DNA from: a virus
Virus record (IMG/VR): IMGVR_UViG_3300048851_000098
Location: 60,172 to 124,171 of that record
Strand: one strand, 5' to 3'
Length of the DNA stretch: 64,000 nt
Shown piece by piece: positions 9,468-17,671 of the stretch. The stretch's first letter is position 1; each line of letters opens with the position of its first letter. A program made the position numbers and the translations under genes. The notes under the pieces were generated by a model that saw nothing but the letters and a program-made list of their open reading frames with translations, made no database searches and had not been told where the DNA came from.

Positions 9468-10129
9468 AGGAAGAAGAGTTCTGGAAGTATGAGAACTGGC
9501 CTTCTGGTGAGCCGTATCAGTGGGAGCCAGCCGGACGCGGATCAACAAAGTACGACCTGATGGATTATCACGTTGATCTTGGATGTGGAACGATAAAGAA
9601 GGGTCGTATTGGAATCGATCGTTTCGTCGCACCCGGTGTCAATATCGCGATGGATTTGAACATCAGTTATAACGGCGAGCTTCGACCAGTCTTGATGCCA
9701 GAGCGACCGGGTGATGATGCAACAGTCACCACGTTCCAATCTGGTCTTCCGTTCCCTGACTCTTCCATTGAATCAATCATCTCCCATCATTTCTTCGAGC
9801 ACGTTGGTGACGGATTCGTAGACCTTATTGATGAGTGTTATCGGGTTCTGAAGCCTGGCGGAATCCTGCGCGCAATCACACCACTCTTCCCCTCACGCAC
9901 TGCCGTAGAAGATCCTGATCACAAGCGCTACTTCATGGAAGGCTCGTGGGAATCTTTCTGCGGTACGCCTGGTCCTGGTGGCTCATGGTATGAGTCATTT
10001 AGTGTTCCTTATATGAATGCGCGGTTCACAATGCTCCATAAGGAGACAACTCCACCACTTCCCATTGAAAAGCAATGGGGGCCTGAAGATGCTCGTGAGA
10101 TTCGAGTAGCTTTGCAGGCAAACAAATGA
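9464..10129 (+). CDS. Class I SAM-dependent methyltransferase
   Basis: Start ATG 9464 (ATGA overlap); VDLGCG motif I, LPFPDSSI, HHFFEHV, CYRVLKPGG. Confidence 0.85.
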   Translation: MKEEEFWKYENWPSGEPYQWEPAGRGSTKYDLMDYHVDLGCGTIKKGRIGIDRFVAPGVNIAMDLNISYNGELRPVLMPERPGDDATVTTFQSGLPFPDSSIESIISHHFFEHVGDGFVDLIDECYRVLKPGGILRAITPLFPSRTAVEDPDHKRYFMEGSWESFCGTPGPGGSWYESFSVPYMNARFTMLHKETTPPLPIEKQWGPEDAREIRVALQANK

Positions 10130-10701
10130 GCGTACCTGTGTCAATTTTGTGCGATTCAACAATCGTGCGGCTTGCACTCGACGGACAGATCAAAATAGAA
10201 CCATTCGATAGCAGTCTTGTACAACCAGCAAGTATTGACGTAAGACTTGGAAGTCACTTTCGAATCTTTGATACTCATACGATTGAAGTTATTGATCTGA
10301 AAAGCAAGCAGCGCAAGATTACTAGAGAAGTAACAATCAGAGACGATGAAGCATTTATTATTCATCCTGGTGAATTCTGTCTTGGGACTACAGTCGAGCG
10401 AGTAGAGCTTCCGCGAAATATTGTTGCACGTGTAGAAGGCAAGTCATCTCTTGGTCGTCTCGGATTGATTGTCCATGCGACAGCAGGATTTATTGATCCC
10501 GGCTTCAGAGGCCCGATTACTCTTGAGTTGAGCAACCTGATGCGCGTTCCGATCATGCTGTACCCCGGTATGCTGGTTGCTCAGCTTTCTTTTATGACAC
10601 TTGATCAGCCAGCGATGTTCCCGTACGGCAGTCCCGAGTTGAATAGTCACTATCAGGATCAGGAGGGGGCAACAGAGAGCCGATACGAGGTGACTGGCTG
10701 A
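10126..10701 (+). CDS. dcd: dCTP deaminase
   Basis: QPASIDVRLG, EGKSSLGRLGL, TAGFIDPGFRGPITLE, PYGSPELNSHYQDQ. Confidence 0.95.
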   Translation: MSVPVSILCDSTIVRLALDGQIKIEPFDSSLVQPASIDVRLGSHFRIFDTHTIEVIDLKSKQRKITREVTIRDDEAFIIHPGEFCLGTTVERVELPRNIVARVEGKSSLGRLGLIVHATAGFIDPGFRGPITLELSNLMRVPIMLYPGMLVAQLSFMTLDQPAMFPYGSPELNSHYQDQEGATESRYEVTG

Positions 10702-10719
10702 CTTTCATTAGGAGGGGTA

Positions 10720-11148
10720 ATGGATGATCAGGCAGATATTCGTGATTTGTACGACCGCTTGCGGCAATGGGAAGAAAGATTTCATGCTGAGCGAGATCGT
10801 CGTTATGCAGAAGTTGCACTTGAACGTGAAAAAGCTCTGAAAATCAAAGAGACAGGCGACAATGCCGCGCTGAAACTTGCACGCGAAATTCAAACATACA
10901 AAGACGAAAAGGCAAATGAGTTGCGTTCTCAAATCGAACGTGAACGTGTAACATACGCCACAAAGGAAGACTTGAAAGCACTTACTGACAAATTCGAGAT
11001 TGCTTTGAAACCATTGAATGAATATGTATCTTCACAACAAGGTCGACAAGAAGGAATCAGACTTAGTACGGGAGCTATTGTCACTACGGTTAGTCTTATC
11101 ATCACGATTCTCGGGGCGATTATTGTAGCCGCGAATGTTCTTACATAA
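10720..11148 (+). CDS. Coiled-coil protein with C-terminal transmembrane helix
   Basis: AGGAGG RBS; charged heptads followed by GAIVTTVSLIITILGAIIVAANVL. Confidence 0.7.
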   Translation: MDDQADIRDLYDRLRQWEERFHAERDRRYAEVALEREKALKIKETGDNAALKLAREIQTYKDEKANELRSQIERERVTYATKEDLKALTDKFEIALKPLNEYVSSQQGRQEGIRLSTGAIVTTVSLIITILGAIIVAANVLT

Positions 11149-11582
11149 TGACTCGTGCTAATCCTTTCAAGCGTCCCGGTGAATCTGCACAAAAAACCGG
11201 ATATCGTTTCGAAAGATACTTTGCCAAGATTTTCGGGGTAAGTCCTACCAGGGGTAGCGGCTCGCAATGGACTGCCAAAATGGACGTTGGCGACGGCACA
11301 ATCCTCTGGTCGCTCAAGCACACGGATGCTGAATCGTTTCGCGTCACTCAAGGATTGATGCGCGAGGTCATCGACGCGATCAACGGTCCCGGTGGCGTGG
11401 GTGGTGATGTGATTCCGGGCCTCGCCATCTCTGTGCAGGGTGAGATCTACACGGTCCTCCGCGCAGATGATCTGATTGCGATGCTGACCAGTGATGAGGT
11501 TGGCTACATCAGACCGAGCAAGGGTGAAGCCAAGCGTCGCCGCGCGCGCGTACCAAACATGTTCAAGGACGAGATAGAATGA
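11148..11582 (+). CDS. PD-(D/E)xK nuclease, Holliday junction resolvase-like
   Basis: GYRFERYFAK ... GSG ... MDV ... WSLKHT resembles archaeal-type Hjc-like phage resolvases. Confidence 0.55.
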   Translation: MTRANPFKRPGESAQKTGYRFERYFAKIFGVSPTRGSGSQWTAKMDVGDGTILWSLKHTDAESFRVTQGLMREVIDAINGPGGVGGDVIPGLAISVQGEIYTVLRADDLIAMLTSDEVGYIRPSKGEAKRRRARVPNMFKDEIE

Positions 11583-11755
11583 GCAGAAATATAAATCTTG
11601 CGGGAGAATTTCTGCGAGGCGTGGCAGTTAGTAGGTGCTGGCACACCTGTCATCGCTGCGGCAAGCCTATTATCGGAATGGAAGAACAATACGACATCGT
11701 TGCATTCTGTCGCTTCTGTTCTAAAAAGCTCGTGAAGGAAGATAAAATTGGCTAA
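11579..11755 (+). CDS. 58-aa zinc-finger protein (not in ORF track)
   Basis: ATG 11579 overlaps the previous stop; CHRC...CRFC pairs. Confidence 0.55.
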   Translation: MSRNINLAGEFLRGVAVSRCWHTCHRCGKPIIGMEEQYDIVAFCRFCSKKLVKEDKIG

Positions 11756-11873
11756 TCGAGTAAGAGGCAAGCGAAAAGCAGCAGCCGCTCGTAGAGGTCA
11801 CAAAAATACGAGCAGACGTAATTCTAATGCGGGTACACGTAAAGCTGCACGAAAGCGATGGGGGAAGAAGTGA
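11748..11873 (+). CDS. 41-aa highly basic peptide (not in ORF track)
   Basis: TTG start after AAGGAAG; MANRVRGKRKAAAARRGHKNTSRRNSNAGTRKAARKRWGKK*. Confidence 0.55.
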   Translation: MANRVRGKRKAAAARRGHKNTSRRNSNAGTRKAARKRWGKK

Positions 11874-12190
11874 TTCCTGAAGACCGACTTCAAGAAATTA
11901 TTCTCCACAAGGATGCTGAGAGAGCACTCGACTGGTGTACAAGACATCAGTATTCAGAAGGCTGGGCGATCATTGATGGTGCAATGGTCATCTATGACAT
12001 CGACAACCCACCTGTCTGGCTCAGACCGATTCTTGCGATGCGCGATGAAGACGGAAACTCGCCGAGAAAACTCATCGATGTAATCCCTGTGCGTAGACCT
12101 ACCGCGAGAGAAAGAAAGCGCGGTGTCGCTTCTGTGACGTGGTTCGACTTCCCTGATAACAACGGGATCTACGAGAGTGAGGCAGCGTAA
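11858..12190 (+). CDS. Hypothetical protein
   Basis: ORF coupled to its neighbours (start 11858 or GTG 11870). Confidence 0.6.
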   Translation: MGEEVIPEDRLQEIILHKDAERALDWCTRHQYSEGWAIIDGAMVIYDIDNPPVWLRPILAMRDEDGNSPRKLIDVIPVRRPTARERKRGVASVTWFDFPDNNGIYESEAA

Positions 12191-12441
12191 TGCCCTGGCC
12201 TGCTCTTGGCCCTGTCCGCAGAGACGATTCGAACGAGCGTGATCTGACTGGCGGCCACCCTACGGTTCCAGGAGATCTCGATAGAACTGTCTACCGTCAC
12301 GGCTTGCCCTCACCTGGCAACGGAATGCCGGGTATCCCTCGCGTAAGACACGGCCGCCGGCACGGCCCTGGTATCCCCGGCATGACGCCTACGGGACCGA
12401 CGCAGCCTGGTGTCACCTACGACGGCGAGAGAGAACTGTGA
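12190..12441 (+). CDS. Pro/Gly/Arg-rich hypothetical protein
   Basis: TAATG-coupled ORF. Confidence 0.6.
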   Translation: MPWPALGPVRRDDSNERDLTGGHPTVPGDLDRTVYRHGLPSPGNGMPGIPRVRHGRRHGPGIPGMTPTGPTQPGVTYDGEREL

Positions 12442-12770
12442 CACATATCGGATATGAGATTCCTGAAGACGCAGTTGATATCGGACATGACCATTTCATA
12501 TCTTTTTACGGATGGTCGCCTGATCGTCAACTGAATCCACAATTTGATGGAATCGCAGACGAGGATAGATCTGGTGTGATGATGTACCATCGAACATCAG
12601 ATGGCTGGTGTGGTGGTGGAGTTACGTTTGATACTCCCGCGATGAGAGCTGCACACAGCGGCCCGATGTGGACCGTAGAATCGTTTGAACCACTGACGAT
12701 TTCGCCTTCTGTGCTTTGCAGTTGCGGTGATCACGGGTTCATCAGGCAGGGTCGCTGGGAACCAGCCTGA
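12438..12770 (+). CDS. Hypothetical Cys/His protein, DUF6527-like
   Basis: C-terminal LTISPSVLCSCGDHGFIRQGRW resembles the PTxSPS...C-x-H-x-F-I-x-x-G signature of DUF6527 (from memory). Confidence 0.45.
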   Translation: MTHIGYEIPEDAVDIGHDHFISFYGWSPDRQLNPQFDGIADEDRSGVMMYHRTSDGWCGGGVTFDTPAMRAAHSGPMWTVESFEPLTISPSVLCSCGDHGFIRQGRWEPA

Positions 12771-12815
12771 TTAGGGTACAATTTCTACTAAGCCTTCGAA
12801 GGGGGTGAATCACAT

Positions 12816-13085
12816 ATGGCTAAGCGTGGTAGCAATAAGGTTGTAACTGTAACTTCCAGAGGAAGTTTCGCACCTGCGTTGACTCGTTCACGTATTCCGG
12901 TTGCGAACCTCGGAAGATTCGATCCTGCGACTGGACGTGTTTATCAGCGTCCGCGTCAGAAGATCGATTATGTCAGTGGCAGCTCTGTTCGTGTGACGAA
13001 CCCCGCATATGCTGGTGGACGGCAGGAACAGCGCACTGCTTCTATCGGCATGAACGCAGCCGGGCAGAAGATGCGTAACTCGTAA
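12816..13085 (+). CDS. Basic hypothetical protein, last gene of the late operon
   Basis: GGGGGTGA RBS; Arg-rich 89 aa. Confidence 0.65.
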   Translation: MAKRGSNKVVTVTSRGSFAPALTRSRIPVANLGRFDPATGRVYQRPRQKIDYVSGSSVRVTNPAYAGGRQEQRTASIGMNAAGQKMRNS

Positions 13086-13111
13086 CACTTACGAGAAAAT
13101 TTATGTAAAAT

Positions 13112-13141
13112 AAAAACGCCCCGGTTATTCCGGGGCGTTTT
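13112..13141. terminator. Bidirectional intrinsic terminator between convergent operons
   Basis: AAAACGCCCCGG-TTATT-CCGGGGCGTTTT: 12-bp perfect stem with A/T tails on both sides. Confidence 0.85.
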
Positions 13142-13424
13142 GCGTATCTCGAACGAGATCCAGATGTGATTCTCGTGCCCTTAGCTCAGATGAGTAGCGC
13201 ATCATGACTTCGCCATTGATCATTGTCTCCCATAGAAGAGGTTCATCACCGCCAAAGGAGTGATCAATGCCAAGAAACACTGTTGAAATCTCCCATAAAT
13301 GATCCTTATAGTAACCGATGCGAAATGGATCAGGAAATCCTTGCTTGATCATCTCTTCACGAGCAGCAGAGATCTCAAGCATCTCTGACTCTGTGATTTG
13401 TCTTCCTGATCGGTTGTAGAACAC
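13125..13424 (-). CDS. Conserved phage hypothetical protein
   Basis: ISTVFLGIDHSFGG..PLLWETM motif seen in phage proteins; its stop codon lies in the terminator loop. Confidence 0.6.
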   Translation of the reverse strand: MFYNRSGRQITESEMLEISAAREEMIKQGFPDPFRIGYYKDHLWEISTVFLGIDHSFGGDEPLLWETMINGEVMMRYSSELRARESHLDLVRDTQNAPE

Positions 13425-13690
13425 TAATTCATTTCAGCGTCAAGTCGAATTGCGCGATGCCAAGCTCCCCAGCCAAGTTGAAGAGCTTCAAGCGCATATT
13501 CTTTCTGTGGCTCTGTAGTTGCGACAATAATCCTTCCATCTGGTGGCAATGTCACAACCAGAGTGATGTTTGGCTTGTCTTCGTCCGTTGAGAATTCTTC
13601 TCGAAACGCTTTCTTGATGGCTTCAATTGCACGTTCTGCGATGACCTCTGATGGATCATCGCGGTTCGGTTCTCTGCGGACCCTAGCCAT
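13424..13690 (-). CDS. Hypothetical protein
   Basis: Coupled ORF. Confidence 0.6.
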   Translation of the reverse strand: MARVRREPNRDDPSEVIAERAIEAIKKAFREEFSTDEDKPNITLVVTLPPDGRIIVATTEPQKEYALEALQLGWGAWHRAIRLDAEMN

Positions 13691-14066
13691 GGATCACGAT
13701 GCGCGCGCTCGCACTCTGTGCTGAGCAGTTACCCTTGCGGCAGACGGTGATCGTGAACACACCGGGGAGCATGCCGGCGACGGTGCGCATGCGAGCGTCT
13801 ACGCGGCCCCACGAGTCCGTCACGGCCCATCCGAATCTCACACGTCTGCCGCTGTTGCTAGCGAAGACCGTCAGGCGAGCGCGGCCGTCGAAGCCTCGTG
13901 CTCGCACGTTGAAGCTGTCGCCCGCCTGGATCTCTCTCGGCGCCACTGTGACGCGAGGCCCCTCCGCAGCGTCAGCATCTCCACCGAACGCCATAGCGAT
14001 AGCGAATCCCATCGCAACCGCAAACACACAGAATCCGAATGCATACTTTTTCACGAGCTTATTCAT
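13683..14066 (-). CDS. Secreted beta-sandwich-like protein
   Basis: Start 14066 after AAAGGATCAG; signal peptide ending ADA; VTVAPREIQAGDSFNVRARGF. Confidence 0.65.
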   Translation of the reverse strand: MNKLVKKYAFGFCVFAVAMGFAIAMAFGGDADAAEGPRVTVAPREIQAGDSFNVRARGFDGRARLTVFASNSGRRVRFGWAVTDSWGRVDARMRTVAGMLPGVFTITVCRKGNCSAQSASARIVIHG

Positions 14067-14089
14067 GACTGATCCTTTTCGTGTAAAAA

Positions 14090-14305
14090 TCATCGCAATA
14101 CTGCTCGACTTTGATCTTCGAGACTGAGCAGCGGCCACAGTACCGCAGCAGCTTCGTTGTAGTGACTGATGTTGAGCTGTTCGTTTCTCAGCTCGGCGAT
14201 CTTTCTTGCGATAGCTCTCTTTGTTTCTCCATAGTCAAGAGTCACACCATCAGGAAAGAATCTGTAGTTGCCGCGCTCCGGAATATCAGCCATCATCGTC
14301 TCCAC
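14090..14305 (-). CDS. Hypothetical protein
   Basis: ORF in the operon. Confidence 0.5.
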   Translation of the reverse strand: METMMADIPERGNYRFFPDGVTLDYGETKRAIARKIAELRNEQLNISHYNEAAAVLWPLLSLEDQSRAVLR

Positions 14306-14661
14306 ACAAGTTCACGCAAGCGGCTTTGTTTATTCTCGCTACGTGTTTCTTTGGCTTCGCGCTTCTGTCGCTTGAGCCGAGCTTTCTTATCAGGGCTAAC
14401 AAACAGAACGTCGTAAATAATAAAATTGAAGTATCTTCTACCGAGAAGATAGATGGCAACGAAAGGCCACAAAAATCCCAGCTCTATCCCGCCAAACAAC
14501 AGGAAAAACAGGATCTCACCCACATCTGGATCGCTGTGGTGATTATCACGGTATGCGATAATAGTCGCGATACGACATGATGTATAAAACCAGATAACAC
14601 CATAGGCAATCAGAAATATCAAAGGCAGTGAGATGATTTCGTGAAGAATATCCAGAATCAT
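14293..14661 (-). CDS. Membrane protein
   Basis: Two hydrophobic segments, basic tail. Confidence 0.6.
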   Translation of the reverse strand: MILDILHEIISLPLIFLIAYGVIWFYTSCRIATIIAYRDNHHSDPDVGEILFFLLFGGIELGFLWPFVAIYLLGRRYFNFIIYDVLFVSPDKKARLKRQKREAKETRSENKQSRLRELVWRR

Positions 14662-15221
14662 GGCTGATCACACGGATGATGACCGTGCTCCAAGAAATAC
14701 TTATTGCTCTTCTTGAACTTCAATCTGCCGTCAACTCTGCGTGGCACCCAAAACCCCCACTTGCGACGATCAGGAAAGAAATACAGAAGTGTCCAACAGC
14801 CGCCGGGATCAACAGCAACAGTGTGTCTGTGCTCAGCTTTGCGGAATGCGAACTTTCCCGGTGTCATGTGCTGAAATCTCATCATATACCCGTGCGCACA
14901 CTTGAGTCGAGCGCACACGCCTGACGCGCACCACGGGCATCTTCTGTCGGTCAGCTCCCAATCGACGTAACCGCCCTTGAGCACGAGCGTGCAGAAATCT
15001 GCGGGGTGATCGTGCTGGTAGCGCTTATCGTCGCTCCGGTACCAGTGGTGGAGCCGCAATGAGCCGAGCCGGCCCATGTTGATGACCCACCGTCGCAGGT
15101 ACGGGCATTCAGGTTCGCCGAGGTACTGCCCCCATGTCACGCCAAGCTTCAAGAAATTCCTTCCTTGAGCAGAGCTGTTTCCACAATGGATTTCACCTGA
15201 GAGTTCTTCAGATGATTCCAC
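14658..15221 (-). CDS. Cupin-fold metal-binding protein
   Basis: LRLHHW..SDD..QHDHP.DF.TLVLKGGYVD ... HRHTV ... WTLL, a phage cupin pattern. Confidence 0.65.
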   Translation of the reverse strand: MESSEELSGEIHCGNSSAQGRNFLKLGVTWGQYLGEPECPYLRRWVINMGRLGSLRLHHWYRSDDKRYQHDHPADFCTLVLKGGYVDWELTDRRCPWCASGVCARLKCAHGYMMRFQHMTPGKFAFRKAEHRHTVAVDPGGCWTLLYFFPDRRKWGFWVPRRVDGRLKFKKSNKYFLEHGHHPCDQP

Positions 15222-15285
15222 TTCGCCTCGCGAACAGCAGTGCGGATAGCAGCTTCGAGTTCTTCTGCTGTTCTCGCCGCATCGT

Positions 15286-15519
15286 TCATGGTCTGTTCCG
15301 ATTCTCAGGCAAGTTCTCAGGCAACAGATCGCTGGCAGGCCGCAGGCCGGCGTCTACCTGTCTCTGCACGCGGATCTGCCGACATGGAACACACTCAAAC
15401 GCATTCACTATTCCGCCATCAACGATGAATGTGATGTAACGATCCGTGGGTTCACCACAGTTGTAACATCTCATTGCCTCGATGGCTTTGCGGATTTGTT
15501 CTCTCAGGTCGTCATCCAT
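15286..15519 (-). CDS. Small zinc-finger protein
   Basis: CYNC...CVPC. Confidence 0.55.
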   Translation of the reverse strand: MDDDLREQIRKAIEAMRCYNCGEPTDRYITFIVDGGIVNAFECVPCRQIRVQRQVDAGLRPASDLLPENLPENRNRP

Positions 15520-16081
15520 CAGATTCCAGCTCTGCCCACGACTTCTGAAGATACTTATACCAACGGCTATTAACTCTGCCTTCTGATTTCACATCCCATT
15601 CAGACAGCGTGGCCTTGTCGCCGTCTCGAATGATCACGGCTGAGGCCAGGGATTCGTCTTCCACGCATGCGAACCAAACCAGTACGTTTTCCTCGACACC
15701 ATCCATGTAGGAAATGTCGCCGTAGTATTCAACAGGATTGCCAGCAGCCTTGCGTCTTTGTATGTAATCGAAGGCGGGTGTGTCTCCTTTGATATTCCAT
15801 GTCTCAGTCAGAATAGCGAAGTATCTGCCGCCTGCTGTTGCCATAGGCGCGAGCACTTCTGAGCCAAGTCGCTCTTTCATCGTAGGATTTGCAAACAATT
15901 CCGTCGGCATATTTACGATAATTGCAACGGGATCGATCGTTCGATGCGTGATCAGAATCGGAAGCATTTGTCCGGCACGTCTGAATACTTCATCTGCGGC
16001 ATGCATTACAAATTCAGTGAACTCCTCAAAGGAGCCTCTGAATGGCAGTGAAAGCGAATGAATATCTTCTTCAGTGATCAT
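15512..16081 (-). CDS. Hypothetical protein
   Basis: Likely start MITEED at 16081. Confidence 0.65.
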   Translation of the reverse strand: MITEEDIHSLSLPFRGSFEEFTEFVMHAADEVFRRAGQMLPILITHRTIDPVAIIVNMPTELFANPTMKERLGSEVLAPMATAGGRYFAILTETWNIKGDTPAFDYIQRRKAAGNPVEYYGDISYMDGVEENVLVWFACVEDESLASAVIIRDGDKATLSEWDVKSEGRVNSRWYKYLQKSWAELESDG

Positions 16082-16271
16082 TGATTTCCCGCGCTTTCCT
16101 AATTCGCTTTGCTTCCCATTCATATGTCGTGCGAATACGAATAGGCGCTGTCAGATCCCACCAGCGGAGTTGCCAGCGATGATAGTGCCACCATGGCTTA
16201 GCTTCCATTTTGTCAAGGATCTGCGCTGCTTCCATAGGATTTGTTCGTCTAATGTTCATCGCTGGATTCAA
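16071..16271 (-). CDS. Hypothetical protein
   Basis: Trp/Arg-rich coupled ORF. Confidence 0.5.
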   Translation of the reverse strand: MNPAMNIRRTNPMEAAQILDKMEAKPWWHYHRWQLRWWDLTAPIRIRTTYEWEAKRIRKAREINDH

Positions 16272-16599
16272 GTTCCTTGATGCGTCTGTCTCGAATTGCG
16301 ATTCTGATCTCTCTTTTTGTTGCTGGCGTAAAGTGCATGAATGTTCTGATGAACGTCCATCTCATCGTCTGCGGTCGCTTGCTCTCGATTGTATTGCCGG
16401 CGACGACCAGCCACGCCAGCGGCCACATGAGTGCACAAATACCACCGATGAGCAGTGCGCTACCGGCCCCCGGCTGGCTTCTGTAGTCGCTCCACCCCTC
16501 TGACCATCTCCGCAGACGTGGTGCGTACAGCATGCCCGCGAAGATCCGCATGCTGATAATCGCAATGACCAAGTACACACTGGTCACATAGATGTTCAT
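16249..16599 (-). CDS. Membrane protein
   Basis: Start MNIYV at 16599; two TM segments. Confidence 0.6.
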   Translation of the reverse strand: MNIYVTSVYLVIAIISMRIFAGMLYAPRLRRWSEGWSDYRSQPGAGSALLIGGICALMWPLAWLVVAGNTIESKRPQTMRWTFIRTFMHFTPATKREIRIAIRDRRIKELESSDEH

Positions 16600-16730
16600 A
16601 CTTGACTTCCGCCTCCCAGCAAGTCCAGTCCGATACAAATCGCCAGAGCGATTGCCCAATCATTCCAATCGTTGAAACTGACGTGCGGTGTATCTGAAAT
16701 CAACCACACTACAAACCAAATGAACGTCAT
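16596..16730 (-). CDS. 44-aa membrane peptide (not in ORF track)
   Basis: MTFIWFVVWLISDTPHVSFNDWNDWAIALAICIGLDLLGGGSQV*, ATGA-coupled at both ends. Confidence 0.5.
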   Translation of the reverse strand: MTFIWFVVWLISDTPHVSFNDWNDWAIALAICIGLDLLGGGSQV

Positions 16731-16939
16731 CGAATCACCAGTTTCAACAATCCACCGCAACGTCGTCCATGTTCTTTGACGTGAACGCCTTGACGTTGAA
16801 TTTCACCAATTGCACTGCAACAGGCTTTGATAGGCAAAACAGTGCCACCACGCGGACAAAGAAAGTTCCTCATCCACGAGTAGTTTCCGTTGTATCTACC
16901 GCCACAGCGCTGGCACTGGAATATGTATGACTTAGCCAT
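16727..16939 (-). CDS. Cys-rich small protein
   Basis: Start MAKSY at 16939; CQRC, LCP, CC, RCGG. Confidence 0.5.
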   Translation of the reverse strand: MAKSYIFQCQRCGGRYNGNYSWMRNFLCPRGGTVLPIKACCSAIGEIQRQGVHVKEHGRRCGGLLKLVIR

Positions 16940-17153
16940 CGTCGCTCGCAAGTCGCGACAGAAACGTTCCGATAGCGTCGTTGATGTCATCCCGGAATCT
17001 GACTATACGTCGAGAATCAGCCAGTACATCAGGAGTAACATCAATATTCAGCTTGTCAGCTTCGGACACCAGTTGGCGAAGCTCTTCGACCTGCTCATGA
17101 GAGAGCGAGAGCGCCAATTCCTTGATTTGCTCATCACTCATCATCAGGGTCAA
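16932..17153 (-). CDS. Hypothetical acidic helical protein
   Basis: ORF directly downstream of the tRNA-like RNA. Confidence 0.55.
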   Translation of the reverse strand: MTLMMSDEQIKELALSLSHEQVEELRQLVSEADKLNIDVTPDVLADSRRIVRFRDDINDAIGTFLSRLASDDG

Positions 17154-17309
17154 AAATTTACAGAATATTCCTTGAAATCATCCTATAAAGATAGGCAAAA
17201 CATCCAGCAAGAAGACGCTGCCGGGGTGGTCGCGATCTGCGCGGCCCCAGGGGGTTTAGGGCACTCGTTAGGGCAGACCGATCAACCAGGGGGCACCCCC
17301 GACAGCAGC

Positions 17310-17502
17310 ACGCAGGGTGGGATTTGAACCACACGACCTCCGGGTTGTATCGAGTCTCCGAGCGACTACTTGCGCGCCGGCCGGAATACGCAAGTGCTTA
17401 TCATCGGCTGTCCGGCGGTCGATGCCTCGACCCTCCATGTTTACCGATTTCCACCTGCTCTTTGACTCTTCCCGGTGCTCTACCAGACTGAGCTACCCGC
17501 GT
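17310..17502 (-). ncRNA. tRNA-like RNA with ~119-nt structured insertion in the anticodon loop
   Basis: Minus strand: acceptor ACGCGGG/CCTGCGT; D arm GCTC-AGTCTGGTA-GAGC; anticodon stem CCGGG/CCCGG enclosing 126 nt (17345-17470); AGGTC variable loop; GTTCAAATC T loop. No encoded CCA. Confidence 0.8.
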
Positions 17503-17630
17503 ATGTGATGGGTTGCGATTCCAGACCTTACGCAACCCGAATCGGATTCCCTCCCATACTTCACAGCGAATCCGATTGAATGAAGTAGTCTTCAGCCGCC
17601 CGTTACGACGTGGCTCATCTGGACTTCACT
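17503..17630 (-). ncRNA. Candidate structured RNA immediately 5' of the tRNA-like element
   Basis: Three stems on the minus strand (TGAAGT/ACTTCA, AATCGGATTC/GAATCCGATT, GGGTTGCG/CGCAACCC) plus a possible TCCAGA/TCTGGA pseudoknot, in a region with no credible ORF. Confidence 0.45.
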
Positions 17631-17671
17631 CATGCGATGCACTCTACAGTAGCTTGTGGGCTTTGTCAACC

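Noticed and set aside
17345-17470. Group I intron, archaeal BHB intron, tmRNA, hammerhead or twister inside the tRNA-like RNA
   Set aside because: Too short and no P7 core or U33 splice site; no bulge-helix-bulge; no G3-U70 and no Ala-ending tag frame. Partial matches (CCGATGA, GAAA, ATGGAGGG) do not fall in the required order or lack the cleavage-site nucleotides.
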